64,000 bases of DNA. It comes from Mytilus californianus (lineage: Eukaryota). Positions within the stretch are counted from its first letter, which is position 1. Each line of letters begins with the position of its first letter. Below the pieces are notes generated by a model. It made no database searches, had not been told where the DNA came from, and saw only the letters and a program-made list of their open reading frames with translations. The position numbers were made by a program, and so were the translations under genes. The stretch spans positions 52,638,001 to 52,702,000 of the forward strand of contig NW_026262734.1 in assembly GCF_021869535.1 (NCBI RefSeq), in the 5' to 3' direction. Shown one piece after another: positions 48,401 through 60,883 of the stretch.

Positions 48401-49739
48401 TATTATTTATATAATATATAAAATGATACATTGTCATGTTATCTTCTCTCTGGCTATAAAATATTTCAATCAGAAAAGCAATTTGTTTTGAAAAGGCAAG
48501 AATAGTGTCATTATAAGAAGTGCACATCTAAAAGACATTATTAAGATTTTTTTCTTAATTCACATGTGTTCCTATTTTATCATGTTTATTTCTCTATTTC
48601 CTGTATGTATTCCATTCGTAGTCAATTTTAAACAGTAATGCTATTTTGTGTTTTTCTTGCAGTTTTTTATCGACTTTTTCAATTAAATTTCACCGAACCA
48701 TTTTTTTTTTATGATAAGAGAGAGGCGATGCCAAACCAGAAGGATATTCAAACTCATATGTCGATGACAAACTGACAACGCCATGACATAAAAAACAACG
48801 AAAAACAGCAAAGGAAAAAACACAACATAAAAGACAATTTAAACAATGAGCTACACGAACCATAGCAAAATCTGGGGTTGATCATGGTCTGAAAGCGTAA
48901 GCAGGTATGCCCCACATGTGTCAGTTGTTGTGTTGCCAAAGTAAATATGTATTCGGTGACAAATATTTAGATCATTTGAAATTGTATTGTTGTTAGTACT
49001 CTGTAATGTTATATCGCAATATTCTATAGATTTCTTTTGAGTTTTTGAGGGAAATTTTACTGCATTTATTTTGGAATTGATTTGTATTATAACTATCAGA
49101 ACACAATAAAAACCTTGTGGAAGCAACCCCTCATTAAATCTCTGAAGGATTGTTTGTCATCATACACAATTGACCACACTACTGTGAGAAATAAACCATT
49201 TTGTTTAATTATTGTAACACAACATCATCGACACCCGTTGATCAAAAATTTGTATAGTAACGGTTATATGTCTTCATATGACTCGGACTATTCTTAGTAT
49301 ATCTAAGCACCATTTTTTCTGCATTCCTTGTAACACATAACGGATGCCATTGTGTGTATACGGCGCAGCAGTTTTTTTTTTACAATTTAGTTTTAAATAC
49401 CCATTTTTGTCACTTGAGTACTTTACGTTACTCTTTAAAAATCATTTCTATTCCTTATGCATGTGTTTAGCTATGGCTTTATAATGTATGATATGTTGCT
49501 ATGCCTTTTAAAAATCCATCATTTCAGAAACGCATAATTATTCATGCATAACGTTTATTAAAATGTTGATCCTTAACTTAGGGTATTTTTAGGTTTGATC
49601 TCATGATGCATATGTTTATGGTATGCTAATCATTTTCATGATATAAGATACAATGTACTATAGAAGCTAGTGATTACTAAAGACATGCCAGGTCCTATGA
49701 TTTTCCGAACAAGAACTGCGAATTGACTGTAGCAAAGAC

Positions 49740-50394
49740 ATGGGAGCAAGGAATTCGACATTATCCCCAGGCTCTAGTGCGAACATAAGTAACTTTGTTA
49801 GATTATTCATAGTCTCTCAGACTGAGCTTCCAAACATACTTCGGGAATTGCTTTTGTTACAAGAGCCACCCGCGTCTCTTGATGGCGATATTCGTAATAA
49901 CACGTACCTGTCTTATACACTGAGAGCCTTTGAATTAAGTGTCATAGCAACTGTCCGAACAAAACAATATGCTGATTTTGATGTTGCTCTTATGTACAAG
50001 ATAATAAGAAATTTAAATTTAGTTCCACCGCAAACACAAGGCTGGGATAACCGAATTCCACCAAATTTGACAGAAACTACAATTGGAGATGATGTAGAAC
50101 GTATCAGGCGTAGCCGGAATGATATTGTTCATAATGTGAATACAAATATCTCAGACTTAGAACTAGAGAATAGGTTCTCATTTTTTATAGACATTGCAAG
50201 TAGACTTGAAGTATACCTGAATAAACGGAACAGAGAATATGTGTCAAGAATAGAAAACGTTAAAACTTGCTGCATAGATCCGGAAACAGAACAAATGTAC
50301 CTTCGACAATTGGGAATTCTGATTGAAAGAGAAGCAATAATGCAATTAAATATATCCGCGGTCAGTCATAGAGTTGATGAGCTGCGTCAACAAA
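49740..50394 (+). CDS. Exon 1: N-terminal MGxxxS motif and DZIP3-like HEPN domain
   Basis: GACATGG start context after a TGTAG acceptor-like site. Starts MGARNSTL. RNDIVH is the Rx4H HEPN catalytic signature. Confidence 0.85.
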
Positions 50395-53300
50395 GTAAGT
50401 AAGTCAAGAAACAGACAAGTAGCCAAATAAATAGTTTAGTGCTATGTTTAAATCTTATTCATTTTTTGGTGTGTGTTTGACAAACAAAATGGCACACATG
50501 TCATCTTTATTTTGACGAAAATTGATAATGAAGTATATCAATTAGAACCAAATACCACTCTAGAAGTCTTTGAGATTGTTTGACCGCACAACGAACCTTT
50601 ATAACTGTGCACTCATTTTCAAAGTAGTTCCGTCAGGCAATAACATTTTTGATAAGATTTGATAGGTTCCATCAACAGCAAATTTCATGTATGCACTTAA
50701 GCACTTGAAAATAAATTGAATTTATCAATGACAAGATCCTTGCTAGACAAAAGGTTTTAAGATTTAAAACGGTGAATAATAAATGATATAATTAAATTGC
50801 TAGCACTTTGTTTAATACTGTATTTCACTAATAAAAAAAAGATTGTTTTTCTTTTGATGTTGTCCATTGACTCTTTCATACAAAACAATAACACTACACG
50901 TGTGCGTCACAGATAAAGTTCATTATAATGATACATGTATATAGTAGATATGTCTATATGTAAGAACTAAATCAGACAACGTGTGTCAAATATTTGACAT
51001 TAGAACTTTAGATAGATTATTGAAGTAACCATTTAAATAATTATACATATAGTTATTGTGACAACTATCTGTTGATCGTATAATGACACATATTACGTAC
51101 AATGGAATGAATATAATAAATGTAATTGTTTTTGCAATAGAACTATAATATGTTTAGAATTTTTATTTTTTAAGTTCTATATCATAAATGATCTTGTACC
51201 GATTCCCGCTGATGCATGATTACAATTGAAATTTGAAATGAATCAATTTTTTTTTAACTCTATATGACAATAATTTATCGAAAAAGAGAGGTAAAAGATG
51301 CAAAAGGGATATTCAAATCAATAAGTCGATAACGAACTGACAATGCAAGACAAAAGAAAAAAAAAACAAAAAAACGACCAAAGACAAGAAACAACGTACA
51401 AAATACAACATTGAAAACAAAAAACTTCATGATCTCATTTAATCCAGAAGAAAGTAGATCCTGCTCCATCTCAAGCATCCGCCGTGCTGCTCATGTAAGT
51501 CCAAACCTCGTGATAAGTCTAATTCGGTAGTTCACCTTCGCGAAAAATATAAATCTGGTTAACCTACTGTTTTCAATAAATGTTCTAAGAATCATTTTAG
51601 CGCAAAAAGACTCAAAATATGAAGACAGCCAATTAATCTGATTTAGGAAATTTATTCAGATAACATTAGGTATGATAAATTACAGATGAACTGGATATAT
51701 CTGGTTTGAATACAAAAGTTGCTACTTTGCAAACTGAACAAGAAGAAACCATTCCTAAGAATATAAGAGGTAAGTGTACAGTATTTTTTCCACTATAATT
51801 CAACTCAATTCAAAGATAAATATATATTTTTATATCCAAACAATATCCAACTTACACGTACTTAGCGTGTGAGATGCTAGAAGTACTTTTTGTTCGTACT
51901 TTTTTAGTTTCGAATATAATTCTTTTTTCTGAATTGAGGTGGCCACTGAAAAATTTGCAGACACACCAATGTAGAATGTATGTTCTAATTCGATAGAAAA
52001 CATGAATAAAAAAAGAATTTGCTGATTCTTATGGGTAAACATATGTCATATACATTCTCGTCTGAAACTACAAATTATCATGTTTCATTCGAATCAACAA
52101 CGCAATGCCTGTAAATTAGGTTCTTTCTTCAGATTGGTAAATGTTAAGTATTTCATTTTCTGAAAATGAAAATCCAAACTTGTTCATGCCGTTTGAGAGT
52201 ACTGATTTGTAAACCTTTATTTAAAAAATATTATTTCACACTTATTTAGTTTGATAAATGGCGGTAACAATCCTCTACTGGATGTCTCATAATTTTTTTT
52301 GTCTAAGACTACATCGATTTTAATCTAGTATAAAGTGGAATGTATTTCATAAAATACCCAACGTCCGTAGAGACTACATGATAAGACAAGGGTATGTGGT
52401 TGGACTGACAATAAAACAATTGTTTAACATCGGCTAAATATAACAGATTTATGAAATCATGGGTTACCGTAGGCGTCCAGCAATGTGCAAAACACAAACA
52501 GTCTTGACAAAGTGTGAAATAATTCAAACGACAAAACTAAAGATCTGATTGATAATTTGACACGTTAAAGATGACAGACAACAACACAAGACAAATGTGT
52601 GATGTAACATCACATTATACGATCGAACTGTAAAAATCCGTTTAAAAGGACTTGACTCATTATTTAGGCACGAAGCTAAGACAAAAAGTACCAATCTAAG
52701 AGTACTCAAAGTTTCTGAAAGCTACTATAAAGCCAAAAACAACTAATTAAGAAATTACATTCTCCCAGAATAAAGTATCAATAAGTACACACGCACTGCA
52801 TTTACTGTAAAGACATAATGTATAAAAGTCTTACAAAGCACGTCCTTGTTAAGACCAAAATAAGTCTGCATTCCGACAGGGTGTAGGACAGAATATTTTC
52901 ATATCAGTAAAGCAATACATAATTAGTAAGGTTTAATTGATCAATTACAAAATCTATGTAAGTAATCCTTTTAAACAGTATTTAAAGATCTAACTATGGT
53001 GTTTATTGATATCCTGTTAGAAAAAAATACATTTAAAAGATAAATAAGTTTAAATTGGTCGTTTCAAAATTGACGAGCTTTTAGACAACTTTTCTGGAAA
53101 ATTACGACGTGAAATTCCGTTTTGAATAAGGTACAGTTATACTTCAAAATCAAATGTGTGTGTTTGTGCGAGAACTAAGTACAATATTTCAGTAATTTAT
53201 AGTACCGACATCACTATTTGGTATTTATCAATTATACATAGGTTACGTTCATTGATAATTTAAAACGTCACTACAGACTCAAGTATAATGACCTAGAAGG

Positions 53301-56300
53301 GAGATATACACATCGTAAAAAGGACCAAAGGAACATCATCGTTCAAGAAAGGGAAACGATAAATAGCTATAAACAGTTTTCTTGATTATTAAGAGCAAAC
53401 ATGTAATAATGCTAATGTGTTGATTAGATGGAATTTAGACGGGTATTTACTGATTTTGGCCATAATCTGTGATTCATAATACAGTAATACAGGATCAAGA
53501 CTGCTATTATAGAAACGTTATTGGTGCGAGCAGAAATACATACCACCTGTCATCTAATCGGAAGTCTGTAAATGTTTTAAAAACCGCACAAAATTATACT
53601 ATCTGGCCTAATATGTACTATAAAGCGGTACGTATCTTCCGTTTGAGCCGCTTTGTCCATTTGTCTGCTGGTGCACCAGTTTACATACCCGTTACTTCTG
53701 TAATAGCATGCACATATGTTCATTGATTTATTGAAGGAATGTATCTCCCTCTCATATAGCATCATTATTTATCCAGTTTTAGGTTATATCAACTCTTCAT
53801 AGTTTCTATAAGGTTTCGGATTTTCAGATATTTTGGCATAAACCATCACTTAAGAGACGCTCATTGTTACAAAGCGCATCATTGTTTTTTTTTTTATTAT
53901 TATATTTTTTTACAATAAACATGTTATCTTTTATCTCAACATTATACCAATAACCATTCAAATGCCACCAAAAGGAGGGCAAAGACTCTCATTGGTAGTT
54001 AATGGCGTTAACAAAAAAGTCAACAAACATCACCATCGTGACTAAAAATACATTACGGGAAAATGCTTAAGTTGTCTTGTAAAGTAAGAACAATGAAGGA
54101 TAGAGAAAATCGGCCGGTGCACAATTGTTTGGAATGTCAAGATCTCTCTTCATCCTGCTTGCACTAAAATTATCAGAGGACTCATAAAACACTTTAAATG
54201 ACGTTCTTTTACTATCTTTGATCTTTTTGCCTAGTAACATAAAAAAATAGTTGTCTTATATCTCGTTAACTGTTAACTATGGTAGATAGATAGAAACTTT
54301 TAACAGCAAAACAGATCAACAAAACATTATGTACAAACTTGTTAAATTAATAAAACCATTGGATGACTCACTAAAAGTCATTGTCGACAAAAAAATAATA
54401 AGATTTTTAAAAAATGTTCATGCTCTTGAAAATTATGTCGAACAATTTGATAGCAAATTATAAACTGTAAACAGTAACTTATATGTCATGTTATTACAAT
54501 CAGCTAGCGCTGAATAATGAGTATCTTCTACAATTATTAAAGACTGGTAGATACAGTATATGTAATAGTTTCATGCTTTCGTTTCTTACTTGTAGGACAT
54601 TTCCCACTTCCAGCTTGGTATTTTCATTTCCGTCTTGACATTTCGCACTTTCATCCTACTCGTTCACTCCAAGTTGACAATGTTCACTTGCAAAATGACT
54701 ATTCACTTCATACTTGACATATTTCACTTCTAGCTAGAAATTTCTCAATTCCAAGTTGACATTTCTCTGTTAATAACACTCATCATAATAAAACTTGAAC
54801 GTGTGAAAAATGTTAACTTTTAAAAATTACAAGTTGGAAGTTTAAAATGTCGAGATGAAACTAAAAACTACAAAATTGATACTCAAAAAGGTTCAGTAAT
54901 TTTAACGACAGAACTCCCTGCCCGGTTTTTCTTACACAAAAGCTTTATTGTAACAACAGTTAGCTATTTACATGTGTGCTCTGCGTTTCTATTTGTTTAT
55001 TATTATGATGTGAGCAAAAAACATTGAATAATAACAAAATTTACATGTTTCATTACATGTCTAAGTACCTATTCTTTTCCGTACTCCTTTCAAATACAAT
55101 ATTACATTACTGAATGTTCATATTATTAGTCCCCTATTGACAAAGTCGATGGGGACTTTAGGTTGGGACTCCGTCAGTCCGTCTGTCTGTCTGTCCATTC
55201 GTCAGTCCAGTAAATCAGTTTTCCACACTTTCTTTCTTCGTGCTTGATGATACTGATTTGATATTTGATGTATTGTTTCACCATGACAAGTTACAGATCA
55301 AGTTCGAATTATATTCCGGTCTGACGATTTTGTGCAGAGTTATAATCCTTGAATTAAGAAAATTCACTAAAATATTCAGTTTTCCTTACTTTTTTCGTCA
55401 TTCTTATAGAGGTTGATTTGCTGATTAGTAAATAGTTTTATCATGACATGTTACAGATCAAGTTTGAATTTTGGTCGGGTTTAATGATTTTGTGCAGAGT
55501 TATGGTCTTTGGACTTGGAAAATTCACTGAAATAATCAGTTTTCCTCCAATATTTCCGTCATGCTTGAAGATATTGACTTGATATTTGTTATATAGTTTA
55601 CATGTACACTATGACAAGTTATAGATCAAGTTAGCATTTTGTTCCCATACAATGAATTGTTAACCGGTACCGGACTATGTTAGCCAGGCAATATTCACAA
55701 AATGCTTGTTTGTTAAGGAATACAGCAACTGGGAACATCAACGGCTTTTTTCGGGGTTTCTTGTTTCTGAGTCTCTGAGTCTCTGTAGTGTTTTGGGAAC
55801 TTTTTGTCATCTATTTATGCCCTGGCGTTGTCAACTTCTCTCGACTAATTGGTTTTGATTGTCCCCTTGTATTGTTTGCCTCTGTTTTACATTATAGATC
55901 AAATTAACAAAGACACAGAAGAGTGGAAAATTAAAGACAACAAATTTGTACCTACAAGAGCAAGCGCTTATGTTTCCAGTCACCTGAATAAACAGAGCTG
56001 CGTGACACTGACAGGCAGTCCAGGGGAAGGAAAAACGTTTGTTGCTCGACATATCGCCCTTCAATTCGAGTCAGAAGGATATATGATTATTCCAATCCAA
56101 ACACCAATAGATATAAGGGACTATTATACCCCTGGGAAACGAACTCTGTTTCTTATAGATGATATATGTGGTAACTTCATTGCAAACCAAACAACGCTTG
56201 AGAATTGGCAACAATTGTTGCCAAAAATTGAACAAATACTGGCAGACAAGTGTATCAAAATTATTGCAACCTGTAGATTGCAAGTCTATAGGGATGATAA

Positions 56301-57315
56301 ATTCAATTCATTAGAGCCTTTTAATATATTTGAATGCAATTTAAGCTCAGAAGAAATGTGTCTTACTCAATCAGAGAAAACAAAATTGAAAGAAAATTAC
56401 TTTGGTAACAAAAACTTCAATGACACTGCACAATCACGTGATTTTCTTCCTCTGGCATGTTCTTTGCAATGGCTTTCTGAAAAAGAAGGATCAGATGTTA
56501 ACAACTTGTTTGGAAGTCCGATCGATTTCTATAAAAAAGAATTAGACAATCTTAATAGATATGGTGATGAAGGTAGGCACAAAATGTGTAGTCTTGTTTT
56601 ATACGTCCTTTTTAATAATTATCTCGAGGAAACATGGGCCGAAGGTAGAATCACAGATGAACAGCGTCATGTTTTAGACGATGTATATTTGGCTTGCAGA
56701 CTGAATACAGGTACACCAAAGACTCAACTCATGGATGCATTAGATACACTAGAAGGTTCACTAGTTTGTAAAAGAAACGCAGCATACAGTGCCATACATG
56801 ACCAAATTTTTGATTTCATGGCTCATTACTTCGGTGGAAGAATGATGCGCTGTTTGATTGATCATTCTGATTCTTATTTCATAAATGAACGTTTTCAGTG
56901 GAAAACAATGAAGAATTTACATACAACTGACATTGCTTTCGCTATAGAGCTAACTGATGAAACTTTGCAGTTGTATTTTGACATATTAGTGAAAGACTGG
57001 TCAAAGGGCAAGGTAACAGTCGTAATTAACAACTCAAGCACACCATCTATACTTGTTCCTCATTCCTATCCATGTTACATTTTTCACTTCAAAAAAATCA
57101 TGGAAGAGGATCAACATACCTGTATTTATACATCAGACCGTACTGCACTGGTTACCGAAATTTTGGATAACCAAACCAGGAACTTTATATCTGAGAAACA
57201 GGCTATGAGTGCTCTCAATTTTAGAATTCATTCATACATTTTTGTATTATTCAAAATTATCAGTAAATTGTGTTCTCTACAAGGTTCACCATTACTTCAC
57301 CTTTCATCCATCTGA
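49740..57315 (+). CDS. HEPN (DZIP3-type) + linker + nSTAND3 NTPase protein, 3 coding exons, 718 aa
   Basis: Exons 49740-50394 (A|GTAAGT), 51686-51769 (ACAG|...G|GTAAGT) and 55898-57315 (ATAG|). All junctions are phase 1 and the total is 2157 nt, 719 codons with no internal stop. HEPN: FDVALMYKIIRNL..PP..GW...TIGDDVERIRRSRNDIVH. Linker: EETIPKNIR|DQI..W. STAND: GSPGEGKT, LFLIDD, TCR, LPLAC, HDQIFDF. Confidence 0.85.
55125..55715 (+). mobile_element. HINE/pearl-like MITE with about 3 tandem cores of about 160 bp, in intron 2
   Basis: TTATTAGTCCCC...GGGGACT subTIR, (GTCT/GTCC)n microsatellite, repeated ATGACAAGTTACAGATCAAGTT...GATTTTGTGCAGAGTTAT cores and a 3' ...AATGCTTGTT end. Confidence 0.75.
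55898..57315 (+). CDS. Exon 3: nSTAND3 NTPase + helical/winged-helix region, no ankyrin repeats
   Basis: Intact Walker A GSPGEGKT, Walker B LFLIDD and sensor TCR. Family-like sequence continues to DWSKGKV (about 57015), followed by about 95 unrecognised codons. Confidence 0.85.
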
Positions 57316-57329
57316 TACCTTATAATTAA

Positions 57330-57850
57330 GGTGGTATGGGAGTCTAAAATAAAAATGATAGAATTTGTTCATACTTTGTCAAAACGTAGTATATATTAAT
57401 ATATGTTCAAAAATATAATAAAAATGATAGGTCACCACGCATTTTCTCAAGCTACAGGTTGTGACAAAATGACACATTTTGTATGGATAATACAGAAAAA
57501 AAACATCATTATGTGATTAGAAGCTAAACTAAATGTTAGAATTGTAAAATAAAATACGAAACGATAGCTTTTAGAAAATGCTTTGAGAATATAAAAAAAA
57601 AAGATAGGGTCACCGTATGATTTTTCCGGCTAAAATACAAAATAGTATATTCCATGTAGTCCTTCAGAAAATGCAGTTTTCAGAGTTACCTCCCCTTAAA
57701 ATGCGAATTTCAAAACATTAAAAATCAACTAAAAATAATCTTTACTTGTATAAAAAATTGATATTTATAAGTTATGTGAAAATTCACTATATTTATCTGA
57801 ATTCCTTCATCAAGTTTTGCTAACTTGATTGAAAATCTGGACCTTAGGTC
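57330..57850 (+). mobile_element. Kolobok-type MITE, one recognisable end, immediately after the STAND stop codon
   Basis: TTAA|GGTGGTATGGGAG start, the same terminal type as 40575. The far end was not identified, so the end coordinate is approximate. Confidence 0.5.
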
Positions 57851-60800
57851 CTCTGTTTTTACCATCCAAGATGCTACATAGTTTAACCTTTATGCGTAGG
57901 AACTATTTTGTTTTTAATACATGTACTACTTTTCAGTATGTTCTTTTCTGACCAGGCCCAATTAGGTGGTGTTACAGTACATCTTAAAAAGTCTATTCAA
58001 TTATTTTTGCAAAGAATTCCGATCAAGCCGGTGCTAGGGGTCGTCTTAACTTTGCAGTGAGATGAGAGGTATGTTTTGCTTCTTGTTGAAGGCCTAACTG
58101 TGACTTTGAGATGAAAACAGCAATAAAAGCGCTATTCCTTTGCTGTGTGTGTGTGTGTATGCGGTTTGTTGTGTTTTGTTTGTTAAGGATTAACTGATTA
58201 TGTGTCATGGATAGATACTCCATATCATTTGTTTTTCTATTTTTATAAACATGGATTTCTGAGTATTTACAACCGATTCACACTTCACCTAGAGTAATTT
58301 GTTTAAATTTTTTTATAATAACTAATAACTATATTTCTGTTCTTATTCTTTATTCTATTAATTAAATATATACATTTACATTACATATCTACAGTTCTCA
58401 ATGTTTGGCTTCACGTGCTTATCTTTATCTATCAAGTCATGTCTATTCAATAGCTATGTAGGCGTGTCATAATCGTAATTAGTGACCAGCCCATACAGCG
58501 GTACACACTGTTTTGATTTCATTAACAAGTTTCAAAAAGATAAATATAACAGTTGTCAAATTAGCCATGTGATCTTTGCAAATCACTGTCAGTTGAGTCT
58601 TCAAACGTTTGACATTTTGTGAAAGTGGGAGAACTGTAAGCAGCTTAAACAAGCAAAATTTGATTAAACACATATCGAATTTTACTGTTGTTGATGGATT
58701 ACAACATTTTTTTCGTTTTGAGTTTTGACTGTATCAGTATGGTATACAAGATTTGAGGTTTCAGGTGCAGCGACTCAAATAAATTGTAACGTGTTCTAAC
58801 TTTTGCAGTATATCATTAGAGTTGTGGTTTGTGTGTGTTTTTCAAATGTGATACCGTTGTGTTAAAGATGAGCGCATTTCTTGTACTGACTTTTCATACT
58901 ATGTTTTCTATTGTGTACGTTTTGATATCCTATTGATCAAAAAAGAAGGAGGGGGTTTTAAAAGAGACATATGCATGTCTGTGTGTTTCAAAAACGAATC
59001 TGATAATCCAATCTACCAATCAACATGGCTGACATGGCCAAAAGTATAACATAGCGGTAAAATGCAAGTTTTGCCTACTATCTTGAAAACCTCTTGAATA
59101 AAAGAAAATGTTTCTAGGGCAGAACTGATCAATATTTTAATATCTACGTAGTACCCATCATATCAAAACAGTAACATGTATATGACTTCTTATATGAATG
59201 ATTTTCCTTAAATGGCAATTTATTTTCCGAGTTCTGTTTATTCTTGCCTATTATCTTGGAACTATAAAAGATAGAGAGAAACTTTGTCAACAAAAATGTC
59301 CAGCAAGACAATATTTACAAAAGCGGACAGAATTTAGAAGGAGTCATACATTTTTATATGATTATACTTTTGTATCCGCAACTGCTCCTTAACCGTGATT
59401 TTTTAACATTAACGTTTAAATCTTGCCAAATAATGTATACGGTATTTTTCTACTGGTTATGACGTTAACGATACAAATACTAAATTTCGCGTTGGCGATT
59501 CATTTTAGAATATCAGTTCATAATATACATGTATTCCTAATAAAATATAAAAATATTTCGTTATACATGACGTGTTATGTGTTCGAATAAGATCTTATTA
59601 ATGTTCGTGTGCATTCAAATATCTATACAAGCAAAGTGCATTTTAATCTAAAAGGATGTAATATAGTTTTATTTGATAACATATAACAATATTATTTCTT
59701 AAGAAATATAAAAAAAAGATCATCGTATAACAAAATTGTTTGATGGCATTAACAGACATCCGTGTACTTTTAAAAAGACAACCTGACTGCTTTAAGAATA
59801 TTTAAACAAAGTTCATGGGGTCTATACATTAAAATGCTTGATTTAATTTTAAATGTAATGCATGTTTATGTTGAATGCAACTTAAGTTTCTTTTATTTTT
59901 TTAAAAGAGGAAACGAGGCAAAAGGGCATTTAGAATCCATAAGTCGGACTCCATCATGTCCATGTTAAAAATGGGACGAAAATACAAACAAAAGTCCACA
60001 AAAACTCCTCAATGAAACATAGAGTTCATTTCTCCATGACGATTTAAAAATCATCTGATTTTGACAAATCATGGTATAGTTTTTCCTATTATAACGGTAA
60101 CGTTTAAATAATTGAGACCTCTGACAAATAAAGATAACTTGACAAACCACAACATAAAATTGAATCAACGTGACGCTAACGATAGTAGAAAATCACCATT
60201 TGGCGACTGACGGTAAAAAAAAAAAAGGCATTTTGACCATCTTGAAAATTTTAGGATCACTTAAGACAACAAGGGCTTGTATATGTTTTTGAAGAAAAAA
60301 ATCCAGACAAAAACAAACAAAAATAATATCAACCGTAAAAACTACGAAAGAGCCACTGGTCTGACAAGTATTTCAAACTGTTCCGAGGTGTATTTCAATC
60401 TGATCCGAGCTGTCTATAAAAGAAGACAGAGTTGTCTTTTATTTCGCCCACGTTGTTTAAGTCCGATTTGCCTTTGAACCGAGTTGTCCTGATTCCACCT
60501 CAAGCTGTCAAGACTCCATTTTGTGTACCGATATTTCTTTCAAATCCCTTTGTTTAACTATAGAAAAACATCACAGGAGTTAGTCTTTCATGTCTTTTTT
60601 TTTGAACCGACGGTTTATTTTTACACGTTGAAACGACCCAAGATTAAAATGTAACCTGAAAGTGTAATTGTAATCCTAATCGTAGGTGTGTTACAGTTTC
60701 CAAAAATGTCTAATATTAATTTGTTTACCTGTAGTTTAAAAAATTACTCAATCGAGCAGACACCTGTAAGATAAACATTGCAGTTACCAGTGTACACTAT

Positions 60801-60883
60801 ACAAATAGAAATAATACAACGTGGCACAGGTAAATATGCGTCATATAACAAGTCTACAGTATCACTCACAGTGTGGGAACGGA

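Noticed and set aside
57035-57320. Inverted ankyrin-region fragment on the minus strand
   Set aside because: Only a faint resemblance (ALIACFSDIKFLVWL) amid many stops. The plus frame is the open one.
60867-60873. RSS/Transib heptamer CACAGTG at the left edge of the 1.5-kb insertion
   Set aside because: No matching CACTGTG at the right end, no nonamer and no 5-bp TSD.
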